Positions 28,462 through 38,422 of a DNA stretch of 64,000 nt are shown here, in pieces. The stretch spans positions 4,416,001-4,480,000 of the forward strand of contig OZ245842.1 in assembly GCA_965228895.1 (NCBI GenBank). The letters run 5' to 3'. The translations under genes were made by a program, and so were the position numbers. Below the pieces are notes generated by a model, which worked only from the letters and a program-made list of their open reading frames with translations, did no database searches and had not been told where the DNA came from. This DNA is from Alphaproteobacteria bacterium. GTDB taxonomy: Bacteria; Pseudomonadota; Alphaproteobacteria; SP197. How positions within the stretch are numbered: the stretch's first letter is position 1; each line of letters opens with the position of its first letter.

Positions 28462-29186
28462 TCTCCGTCATCATTCCAACACTGAACGAGGCCGCGCGCC
28501 TTCCCGCGCTGCTGGCGCGCATGGCCGGCGAACCGACGGATCACGAAATCATCGTTGTCGATGGCGGCAGCGACGACGCCACCCCAGCCATCGCACGTTC
28601 GGCCGGCGCCACACTGCTCCAGACCGACCCGGGCCGGGGACGCCAGTTGGCCGAGGGCGCCCAAGCCGCGACAGGCGACGTTCTGCTGTTCCTGCATGCG
28701 GACTCGCGGTTTCCCGCGCAGGGCCTGCGCGCCATCGACCAGGCCCTGGAAAACGACATCACTTGCGTCGGCGGCAATTTCCGCCTCGTCTTCGACGGCG
28801 ACACCTCCTTTGCACAATGGCTTACGGGCTTCTATGCCTGGTTTCGCGCACGCGGTCTCTACTACGGCGATTCCGGCATTTTCGTCAGGCGGCGCGTCTA
28901 TCAGGCAATCGGCGGCATCCCTGCCATCGACCTCATGGAGGACTATGACTTCAGCCGGCGCCTGCAGCGATCCGGCCCGACATGCTGCTTGGATGAGCCG
29001 CCCCTGGTGACGTCATCGCGGCGTTTTGACGGTCGCTCGCCGTCAGCCATCGTCATCGGCTGGCTTGTGATCCATGGGCTTTATCACGCGCGCGTCTCAC
29101 CACGCCTGCTCGCCCGATACTACGCATGGCATTCCAGGCGTCAGCACACATTCATCGCAGCACAACATGGCGTGGAGGAAGCATGA
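28458..29186 (+). CDS. GT2 glycosyltransferase (TIGR04283-like)
   Basis: ISVIIPTLNEA, VVDGGSDD.T, GRG.QL..GA, LLFLHAD, YGD.GIFVRR, LMED, TSSRRF. Confidence 0.9.
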   Translation: MISVIIPTLNEAARLPALLARMAGEPTDHEIIVVDGGSDDATPAIARSAGATLLQTDPGRGRQLAEGAQAATGDVLLFLHADSRFPAQGLRAIDQALENDITCVGGNFRLVFDGDTSFAQWLTGFYAWFRARGLYYGDSGIFVRRRVYQAIGGIPAIDLMEDYDFSRRLQRSGPTCCLDEPPLVTSSRRFDGRSPSAIVIGWLVIHGLYHARVSPRLLARYYAWHSRRQHTFIAAQHGVEEA

Positions 29187-30070
29187 CTTTGACCCGTCGA
29201 AACGTTCTCACGCGCGGCGCACGCGCTGCCGGAATAGTCGCGCTCGGTCTGCCTCTGGCCGGCATCGCATCCTTCGAAGCGCTGTTTGCGCCGAAGGCTG
29301 ATCTCTGGCCGCGCTGGCAGGCTCACGACTCCGCGTCGACAGAGACGATCGATCACACAGCCTGGGACCGCCTGCTCGCGGCCTATCTGCATGACGACGG
29401 AGAAGGGCTCAACACGTTCGACTATGGCGGCGTCTCGGCATCCGACCGAGCGGCGCTCGACACCTACATCCAGGATCTCGCCGGCGTTCGGATCGACGGC
29501 TACAATCGCGACGAGCAGGTCGCCTATTGGGTCAATCTTTACAATGCGCTGACGGTTCAGGTGGTGCTCGACGCCTACCCCGTCGACAGCATACGCGACA
29601 TCGATATCTCACCCGGTCTGTTCGCCGACGGCCCATGGGACAAGACTCTGGCGACGGTCGAAGGCGAGGCCATCACGCTCAACGATATCGAGCACCGAAT
29701 CCTGCGGCCGATCTGGCGCGACCCCCGCATTCACTACGCCGTCAACTGCGCGGCGATCGGCTGCCCCAACCTGCAGCCGGTGGCGTTCACCGGCGCGAAC
29801 ACCGAACGTCTTCTCGACGACGGTGCGCGCGACTACGTTAATTCGCCACGCGGCGTGCGCCGTGGCGACAGGGGTTTGATCGTCTCCAGCATCTATGCCT
29901 GGTTCGAGGAGGATTTCGGCAGCGGCGACGCCGACATCATCGCCCACATAAAGCCCTTTGCCGGCCCGGCGCTCACCGCCACGCTGGAGGAGACCGACAT
30001 GATCTCCGGCTACGATTACGACTGGTCGCTCAACGATTATCGGCGTGAAGCCACACAGACCGGCAGCTAA
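29183..30070 (+). CDS. DUF547 domain protein with Tat signal
   Basis: TRRNVL twin-Arg signal, AYWVNLYNALT, LNDIEHRILR, DPRIHYAVNCAAIGCPNL, SSIY.WF.EDF, YDYDWSLN. Confidence 0.92.
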   Translation: MTLTRRNVLTRGARAAGIVALGLPLAGIASFEALFAPKADLWPRWQAHDSASTETIDHTAWDRLLAAYLHDDGEGLNTFDYGGVSASDRAALDTYIQDLAGVRIDGYNRDEQVAYWVNLYNALTVQVVLDAYPVDSIRDIDISPGLFADGPWDKTLATVEGEAITLNDIEHRILRPIWRDPRIHYAVNCAAIGCPNLQPVAFTGANTERLLDDGARDYVNSPRGVRRGDRGLIVSSIYAWFEEDFGSGDADIIAHIKPFAGPALTATLEETDMISGYDYDWSLNDYRREATQTGS

Positions 30071-31380
30071 CGCTCCCGGCCGGCCTTGCGCTGTTCCCAG
30101 TTGACCATGAAGGTCGCGGCGAGGTCGAGGAAGGGGCGCAGCGGGTTCTTTTGCGGTTTCGGAAACGCCAGCATGTCATCGAGCAGACCCGACGACGCGC
30201 CGACGATCATGTCGGCCAACAGTCGCCCGCCGATCGTGCCCTTCGCGACGCCGACGCCGTTCTGACAGACATGGGCCCAGACGTTGTCGGCAAGCTTGCC
30301 GAAATAGGGCGCGGCGTTGCGCGAGATGCAGATGTTGCCGCCCCAGGTGAACTCGAAGTCGACCTTGGGCAACATGGGAAAACGCGCACGGAACGCCTTT
30401 TCGTGCCAGACCTTCATTTTGTCGCGCTCGGCTTGCGTCATATACATTTTGGTGTTGTAGACGAAGGTGTTGCGCACGAAGATCCGGTGATCCTGGGTAT
30501 AGCGTAGGGTCGAGCCCATCTTGTCACCGGCGATGATGCCCCAGTCGCCTTCACCGCCGAGCGCCGCCTGCTCTTCCTCATCAAGCGGACGGGTCATCGA
30601 GCCCGACGCGAAGATCGGCAGGAGTTCGTTATCGAGAAACCCCAAGCCGCGGGTAAATCCGTTGGTCGCCAGCACCAGGTTGGGTGTGCGTAAACGTCCA
30701 CCCTTTGTCGTCAGCGTCACGGTCGGACCATACTCGATCTCGGTCACCGGCGAGTTCTCGATCAACTCGACGCTGTTGGGCAGCCATTGCGCCAGCCCGC
30801 GCGCGAGCGCTGCCGGCTGCATAAGAATGTTGCCCGGCGTGTGTACGCCTTCGCGGTAATAGGACGTGCCGATACGCGCGGCGAGCGCGGAGGCGTCCAG
30901 CTCCGTATAGGGTTCGTCGAGCGCGTCGAGGCCGCGCTTGAATTTCTGCAACTCCTCGATGCCTTTGTCTTCGATCGCGCAATGGAACTTGCCGCGCTCG
31001 CTCCACTGGCAATCGATGTTGTGGCTCTGGACGAGGTCGCGCAGCCAGTCGATCGCGGCGTGGTTCAGCCGGCGCGTGCGGTGGTTGACGGTCTGGTCCT
31101 CGATGTCGGTCGAGTCGACGTGATGCGGCAGGTCGATGATAAATCCGGCATTGCGGCCCGATGCGCCCTGCCCGGCCCGCTGCGCGTCAATCAGCACGAT
31201 GTGCTTGTCCGGCAGGTGGCTTGCCAACTGCCGCGCGACTGCCATGCCGGTGAAGCCGGCGCCCAGGATGACCCAGTCGGCGTCCTTGTCGCCCTGAAGC
31301 GGCGTCGCGGGATCAAGCGGCGACAGCGTGTTGATCCAACCGCAATCCGTATCGTCGTTGGGCAGTACGCTCACGCGCAT
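30067..31380 (-). CDS. FAD-dependent oxidoreductase, DAO family (PuuB/OrdL-like), paralogue of 12960..14264
   Basis: GAGFTG, ASGRNAGFIIDLPH, LMQPAALARGLA, CQNGVGVAKGT. Confidence 0.9.
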   Translation of the reverse strand: MRVSVLPNDDTDCGWINTLSPLDPATPLQGDKDADWVILGAGFTGMAVARQLASHLPDKHIVLIDAQRAGQGASGRNAGFIIDLPHHVDSTDIEDQTVNHRTRRLNHAAIDWLRDLVQSHNIDCQWSERGKFHCAIEDKGIEELQKFKRGLDALDEPYTELDASALAARIGTSYYREGVHTPGNILMQPAALARGLAQWLPNSVELIENSPVTEIEYGPTVTLTTKGGRLRTPNLVLATNGFTRGLGFLDNELLPIFASGSMTRPLDEEEQAALGGEGDWGIIAGDKMGSTLRYTQDHRIFVRNTFVYNTKMYMTQAERDKMKVWHEKAFRARFPMLPKVDFEFTWGGNICISRNAAPYFGKLADNVWAHVCQNGVGVAKGTIGGRLLADMIVGASSGLLDDMLAFPKPQKNPLRPFLDLAATFMVNWEQRKAGRER

Positions 31381-31428
31381 GGCTCACCCCCTTTATGCCA
31401 GGGTCAGACTTTCGGTCCGAAGGCCCGG

Positions 31429-32649
31429 TCAGTCAATCAGCGCTTGGTTGACCAACACGCGCAGCTCGCGGCGCACCGGATAGGCCGATGACGGGATGAG
31501 CTGAGTCAGAAAGATCACCGTCATGTCTTCCTTAGGATCGACCCAGAACGCGGTCGATGCCATGCCGCCCCAGGCGTGTTCGCCCTTCGACGCCATGACC
31601 TGCGCCTTGGCCGGATCGATGACGACGGAGACGCCGAGCCCAAAGCCGATGCCCTCGAAGGTCGTCTCGTTCCAGGTCGCCTGACCCATCTCGGTGAGAT
31701 CACCCGGCAGATGGTTCATCGCCATGTAGTCGACGGTGCGCGAACCCAGGACACGTTCGCCGCCCAGCTCGCCACGCCGGCGCAGCATCTCCGCGAACCG
31801 GTGATAGTCGTTCAGCGTCGACAGGAGCCCACCACCGCCGGAAAAGCAGGTGACATCCTTCGCAAAGACACTGTCCTCAATGCCGTCGACGCGGCGGAAG
31901 CCTTCGTCCTCCTGTTCGTAACACGGCAGGTAGCGCGACAGTTTGTCATCGGGCACCTGGAAAAACGTGTCGTGCATGGCAAGCGGTTCGAACAGACGTT
32001 CGCGCAAGAACACGTCAAATGTCTTGCCCGACAAGACCTCGACCAGGTGGCCGAGCACATCGTTCGAGACGCCATAGGTCCATCGCGCGCCCGGGTGGTG
32101 ATCGAGCGGCACGTCGGCAAGGCGCGCGACGACCTCGGCGAGCGGCCCGTCCTGGGGCTCGAAGTCGACATGGCGCTCCAGGTAGAGCCGGGTCAACGCC
32201 TCACCGCCGGAGAACCCATAGGTGAAACCGGCGGTGTGCATGAAGAGATCGCGCACGGTGATTGCGCGGGCGGCTGGTTCGGTGTCGATGCTGTGTTCGT
32301 CGGACCCGGTCCTGACCTCCATCTCGGCCAAGGCCGGGATAAAGGCGCCGACCGGATCGTCCATCTGGTAGAGACCTTCTTCATAAAGCATCAGCGCCGC
32401 GACAGCGGTGACCGGTTTCGACATGGAATAGAAGCGCAGGATCGCGTCGTGCGTGATCGGCTTGGCGGCCTCGACATCGCCCATGCCAGCCGCGTCGACA
32501 TAGACGATGTTGCCGCCGCGCGCGACCAGCGTCATTGCCCACGGCAGCTTGCCGGCATCGACATAGGACCGCATCCACGGGCCGATGCGCGCCAAGCGTT
32601 CCGCCGACATGCCGACGTTCTCGGGCCGGGTCGTTATCTCAAGAGACAT
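31429..32649 (-). CDS. Serine hydrolase, beta-lactamase/esterase family VIII
   Basis: YSMSKP (SxxK), LFMHTAGFTY, PG..WTY, SGGGGLLST, WGGMAST.FWVDP. Confidence 0.92.
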   Translation of the reverse strand: MSLEITTRPENVGMSAERLARIGPWMRSYVDAGKLPWAMTLVARGGNIVYVDAAGMGDVEAAKPITHDAILRFYSMSKPVTAVAALMLYEEGLYQMDDPVGAFIPALAEMEVRTGSDEHSIDTEPAARAITVRDLFMHTAGFTYGFSGGEALTRLYLERHVDFEPQDGPLAEVVARLADVPLDHHPGARWTYGVSNDVLGHLVEVLSGKTFDVFLRERLFEPLAMHDTFFQVPDDKLSRYLPCYEQEDEGFRRVDGIEDSVFAKDVTCFSGGGGLLSTLNDYHRFAEMLRRRGELGGERVLGSRTVDYMAMNHLPGDLTEMGQATWNETTFEGIGFGLGVSVVIDPAKAQVMASKGEHAWGGMASTAFWVDPKEDMTVIFLTQLIPSSAYPVRRELRVLVNQALID

Positions 32650-32654
32650 CGCCG

Positions 32655-33803
32655 TTAGACCTGCTCGTTGCTGAGACCGCGCGGGATCAGCTTTTCGGCG
32701 TCATAGAACGGCAGCGTCACGACCTCGCCGGCATGCTCCGCACCGTCGGGCAGACGCACGGTTACCTTTTCGCCAGGTCCGGAACCCGGGCGATCGAAAC
32801 GCACGTAACCGACGCCAAACTCAAGGTAGGGCGACCAGGCGCCGGTCGTCGTCCAACCGGCGGGTTTGCCGTCGACCAGGACCTGGCTGCCGCGCACCGG
32901 CGCTGCACCCGGCACCTTCAGGCCGTAGAAAAGGCAGGTCCTGTCTGCCTTTTCCAGCGCCGCCCGGCCAATGAAGTCGTCCTTATTGAGATCGACGAAC
33001 TTGCCGAGCCCGGCCTGGAACGGGGTCATCGACCTGTCCATGTCCGTGCCGTTATCCAGAATACCGCCTTCGATACGGCGGATGCCCATGGAATCGAGGC
33101 CGGTGCCGATCACGCTGTGGGGTTCGCCAGCCGCCATCAGGTCGTTCCAGAGTTTCGGTCCGTCGACATCGCCGAGGGTATAGAGCTCGAAGCCCATCTC
33201 GTTGGTCCAGCCGGTGCGCGAGACGACGAGATCCTGACCGCCGATGCGGCAGAAGGCGGTGTCGAAATAGCGGAAGGGATCAGGCAGGCCGCCCTCGGCG
33301 GCATCGGCCAGAATGTCGAGCGACTTCGGACCCTGTACCTGCAGCACCCAGGAGTTGGGATCCCTGACCGTCACGTCCATGCCGATGGCGTGCGCCATCA
33401 GCCAACCCATGAAGTCGCCGTCGGCCTGGACATAGAAGAAGCGATCTTGGGCAAGCCTTAAGAGAACGCCGTCCATCAGGATGCCGCCATCGGCCAGACA
33501 GGCGAGACCATAGCTGGCGCGCCCGACCTTCACCTTGCCGATGTCGCGGGTCAGCACCCGGTTCAGCAGACGCTCGGCATCCGGCCCGACGATCTCCAAT
33601 GGCGTCTCCGGCACGTCGTACATTGCGGCCGCCCGGCGCAGCGTCCAATAGTTGGCAACGACGTCGTCGCCCAAATGCCAGGGGTAGAGACGACGGTTAT
33701 AGACGCCGACCAGCGTGCCCGGCTTGGCATAGGCGTCATAGAACGGCGAAACCCGAAAACGGTGGGCTCGGATGTCGTAAGGCTGTTCGGCGGCGACGGG
33801 CAT
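32655..33803 (-). CDS. Aminomethyltransferase (GcvT) family protein, DmdA-like
   Basis: SPFY...VYNRR, GPDAERLL, LQVQGPKS, SRTGWTNEMGFELY, RRIEGGIL. ATG 33803 follows AGGA; the ORF-track start would overlap the upstream gene. Confidence 0.88.
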   Translation of the reverse strand: MPVAAEQPYDIRAHRFRVSPFYDAYAKPGTLVGVYNRRLYPWHLGDDVVANYWTLRRAAAMYDVPETPLEIVGPDAERLLNRVLTRDIGKVKVGRASYGLACLADGGILMDGVLLRLAQDRFFYVQADGDFMGWLMAHAIGMDVTVRDPNSWVLQVQGPKSLDILADAAEGGLPDPFRYFDTAFCRIGGQDLVVSRTGWTNEMGFELYTLGDVDGPKLWNDLMAAGEPHSVIGTGLDSMGIRRIEGGILDNGTDMDRSMTPFQAGLGKFVDLNKDDFIGRAALEKADRTCLFYGLKVPGAAPVRGSQVLVDGKPAGWTTTGAWSPYLEFGVGYVRFDRPGSGPGEKVTVRLPDGAEHAGEVVTLPFYDAEKLIPRGLSNEQV

Positions 33804-33865
33804 GACAATGTCCTGGAGTAGCGAAGCCAGCGACGCTAGCGCCAGCGCCCCGGAGAATCCAGCGA

Positions 33866-34135
33866 TCAGCGGTAGACGGCGTCGCCAAATTCCGTCTTCT
33901 TGGCTGTCCACGTATGGAAGTCGAGGACCTTGATGTCATAGCGCGTGACCAGATCGGCAAGACCGCCGGCGACCATCTCGTGGTACTGCGGCAGGCCGGT
34001 TTCATAGACAACGGTATGAACCTTGGCGGGGTCGGGCACTATATGACCGAGAACCGCCTTGCGGCCGTCAGGGCTCATTACGGTCATGAGATAGGCGCCG
34101 CCGTGACTGCCACCCATCAGGCCAAAAAGCTCCAT
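33866..34135 (-). CDS. Hypothetical protein, 89 aa, paralogue of 11370..11636
   Basis: MELFGLMGGSHG...TVMSPDGRKAVLGHI...QYHE...LVTRYDI...WTAKK.EFG.AVYR. Starts 10 bp after the prfC stop. Confidence 0.82.
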   Translation of the reverse strand: MELFGLMGGSHGGAYLMTVMSPDGRKAVLGHIVPDPAKVHTVVYETGLPQYHEMVAGGLADLVTRYDIKVLDFHTWTAKKTEFGDAVYR

Positions 34136-34145
34136 CGCGGCCAGA

Positions 34146-35756
<1,611 letters not shown>

Positions 35757-36163
35757 GGTCTTAATCCGTTGTCTGGCGGGAACGATGTGGCGCCCACCGG
35801 TGTCTCGCGGCGTCTATGTCGTCTCTCCGGAGCGATTTGTCCAGTCGGCCGTCCCCGGCAACGTCGCGTTCTCAAGGCCGTTCGAACACCACTCCATTGC
35901 ATGCCAGATCGGAAGAGATCCCTAAAAACCATCCGCAGCCCAACGGACACGGCAGGCCGGGTGGATCCAGGTAACGTCTCCCACGGCGTCGGTCCGGCGA
36001 CACGCTTTGGCCAAGTTTCCTTGCCAAATCAACACATTACGTGTTCGCAAGCGGCTCTAACCGGGCCTCAACCCATTGTGAGTTTCCCAGATGAGGCGAT
36101 CGCGCGATATGTGGGTGGTCGTCACTGCAGAATTTGCCCCCAATCTGCTACGTTAGAGGCGAA

Positions 36164-36622
36164 ATGAAGCTGAATCGCACCTTTGCCGCCCTGGCGATCG
36201 CCACCGGCCTGATACTGTCTGGCCCTTCAGTGGCCTATGACGTCACCAGTATCGCTTCGCCCGGTGGCATGCAGGTGGAAGCCTGGATCGAGGGCGATAA
36301 TCGCCTGGTGATCGGCCTGATCCCCGGTGACGGCACCAAGCTGAACGGTCAGTTGGGTGTCGCGATCAGCGGCAAGGCATCGGATGCCTGGGACCAAGAG
36401 TTGCCGCTCGTGGTCACGGAAGAAGGCGATTACTTCGAGTTCCCCTTCAGCGAGACCGTCTCATTCGATCCCACCGCATTGAACGAACCCTCGACCCTGT
36501 CGGTCGAGTACGGCACCTGTCAGCTTGCCGCGGCGATCTGCATCTTCGAAGAGACGGAAATCGTCGTCCATCCCGCCGAAGACGGCGCGCCCTGGGTATC
36601 GCTCACGAATGTGATGCCCTAA
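36164..36622 (+). CDS. Exported hypothetical protein with a Cys pair (DsbD N-terminal-like)
   Basis: Signal peptide MKLNRTFAALAIA...SVA. C-terminal VEYGTCQLAAAICIF resembles the Y..C....C motif of DsbD-alpha domains (inference). Confidence 0.7.
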   Translation: MKLNRTFAALAIATGLILSGPSVAYDVTSIASPGGMQVEAWIEGDNRLVIGLIPGDGTKLNGQLGVAISGKASDAWDQELPLVVTEEGDYFEFPFSETVSFDPTALNEPSTLSVEYGTCQLAAAICIFEETEIVVHPAEDGAPWVSLTNVMP

Positions 36623-36667
36623 GCCGGTCGTCTCCCAAACGGTACGGCCCTTGACCGACGCTCTCAG

Positions 36668-38407
36668 CTAGCTTCCAGCACCAACTTTCTTTCGACCGCT
36701 TTTGCGAACCCGGCGTGTTGCCGCGTGGTCTGGCTTGCCGTCATTTCGAATGACGACGCCATAAGCGGTCCGGGCGGACTTCCTGCTTAAGAGACCGGCC
36801 GCAACATCACGCTGCACGTCCTCAGGCGGCCGTTCGAACGGGTCGCCGTATCCACCACCACCCGGCGTTTGAAAGATCAGACGTTCACCAGCTGGGATCT
36901 GCTGCTGGCCCTTGCCGCTGAACACGCGACCCGATGCCAATGCGATGTGGCCGGGTGCACCGCTTGCCCCACCGTCACGCCCGAGCGCCGGATACTTGAC
37001 CCGGTCGACCGAGGCGAACAGGGAGAACGGGGCGCCTTCCCGGTTCTCGACTTCGATGATCTGACCCAAACCACCGCGTGTTCGACCCGGGCCGCCTGAA
37101 TCCTCGCGCAGCTCGCGCCGGCGGATCAGCAGAGGCGTGATGCTTTCGCTGATCTCCACCTGGGACCCATAAACGCCGCTCGGGAACCCGGTGGCGGAGA
37201 GGCCATCCTTGGCCGGCCGCGCGCCGGTGCCGCCGTTATGGGTGAGTTCAATGGCGAAGGGTGTCGCGTTGCCGCGGCCGCCCGCGTCGAAGCCGCCACG
37301 AATTGGCAGGTCGTACATGCACGATGCGCCCTCGGCGGGGATCTGGCCCGGCAGGGCCTGGTGCAGGCAACCAAAGACAAGGTCGGGCATGATCTGGCCG
37401 ATGATGTGGCGCTGTGCCACCGGCGCCGGCCGCTGGGCATTGAGGATACAGCCTTCCGGCCCGGTCACGCGGAACGGCGCCAGCGAGCCCGCGTTGTTGG
37501 GCACCTCCGGCGCGACGATGCAGCGCAGCCCGAACACCGTATAGGCGGTCGCATAGTTCAGCGGCACGTTGATGCCGTAGCGCGAGCACGGCGAACTGCC
37601 ATCGAAGTCGACGACCATGTGGTCATCGTGGACACTAAGGCTGGCGACCAACTCGATCTCGAAATCGTAACCGTCCAGCATCATCGTGTTGCGGTAGACG
37701 CCGTTGGGGATGTCGCGAATGGCCTCGATGGTGACCGCGGACGACCGCTCAATGATGTAACCGGCCAGGGCATCCAGGCGGTCGATGGCGAACTCGTTCA
37801 TCATCGCCGCAAGGCGATCGGACGCGACGTCACAGCACGCGATCAGCGCATAGATATCGCCCTCGTTCTGCGACGGCGAACGGGAGTTCGACTTGATGAG
37901 GGTGAGCAATGTCTCGTTGATCTTGCCGGCATCGACCAGCTTGATCAGCGGGATCAACAGACCCTCGTCAAAGACGTCGCTGCCGTCGGGGCCCATGCCC
38001 AGACCGCCGAGGTCGACAAGATGCGATGTGCACGACACCAGCCCGACCAGTTGGCGGCCTTTGAACGAAGGCTGCACCAGTACGAAATCGTTCAAGTGGC
38101 CTGATCCCAGCCACGGATCGTTGGTCAGATAGGTGTCGCCAGGCTGCATGGTCTCAAGCGGGAAGGCCTCGATGAAGTACTTCACCGACTCCGCCATGGT
38201 GTTGATGTGGCCGGGCGTGCCGGTGACCGCCTGGGCCAGCATGTTGCCCTTAAGATCAAAAACGCCGGCGGAGATGTCGCCGCTCTCGCGCACGATTGGG
38301 CTGAATGCTGCGCGCATCAGCGTTTCCGACTGTTCGTTGACCACGGACAACAGCCGGTTCCACATCACCTGAAGGTCGATCGCGGCGGCTTGCGAGATTT
38401 TTTTCAC
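36668..38407 (-). CDS. Hydantoinase B/oxoprolinase family protein
   Basis: WNRLLSVV, AFSPIVRESGD, TGTPGH, NDPWLGSGHLND, H.VD.GG, DSGGPG..RGGLG, TPGGGGYGDP. GTG 38407 follows GAGGAG. Confidence 0.93.
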   Translation of the reverse strand: MKKISQAAAIDLQVMWNRLLSVVNEQSETLMRAAFSPIVRESGDISAGVFDLKGNMLAQAVTGTPGHINTMAESVKYFIEAFPLETMQPGDTYLTNDPWLGSGHLNDFVLVQPSFKGRQLVGLVSCTSHLVDLGGLGMGPDGSDVFDEGLLIPLIKLVDAGKINETLLTLIKSNSRSPSQNEGDIYALIACCDVASDRLAAMMNEFAIDRLDALAGYIIERSSAVTIEAIRDIPNGVYRNTMMLDGYDFEIELVASLSVHDDHMVVDFDGSSPCSRYGINVPLNYATAYTVFGLRCIVAPEVPNNAGSLAPFRVTGPEGCILNAQRPAPVAQRHIIGQIMPDLVFGCLHQALPGQIPAEGASCMYDLPIRGGFDAGGRGNATPFAIELTHNGGTGARPAKDGLSATGFPSGVYGSQVEISESITPLLIRRRELREDSGGPGRTRGGLGQIIEVENREGAPFSLFASVDRVKYPALGRDGGASGAPGHIALASGRVFSGKGQQQIPAGERLIFQTPGGGGYGDPFERPPEDVQRDVAAGLLSRKSARTAYGVVIRNDGKPDHAATRRVRKSGRKKVGAGS

Positions 38408-38422
38408 GGTTCGACTCCTCAC

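Noticed and set aside
31429-32649. Antibiotic-resistance beta-lactamase
   Set aside because: There is no signal peptide, and the motif pattern fits cytoplasmic family VIII esterases. The MBL-fold and ABC-F genes likewise lack evidence for resistance roles.
35757-36163. 400-bp intergenic gap upstream of prfC as an ncRNA or sigma-54 promoter
   Set aside because: No recognisable RNA motif. TGGC...TTGC near 36008-36024 has the wrong spacing for -24/-12.
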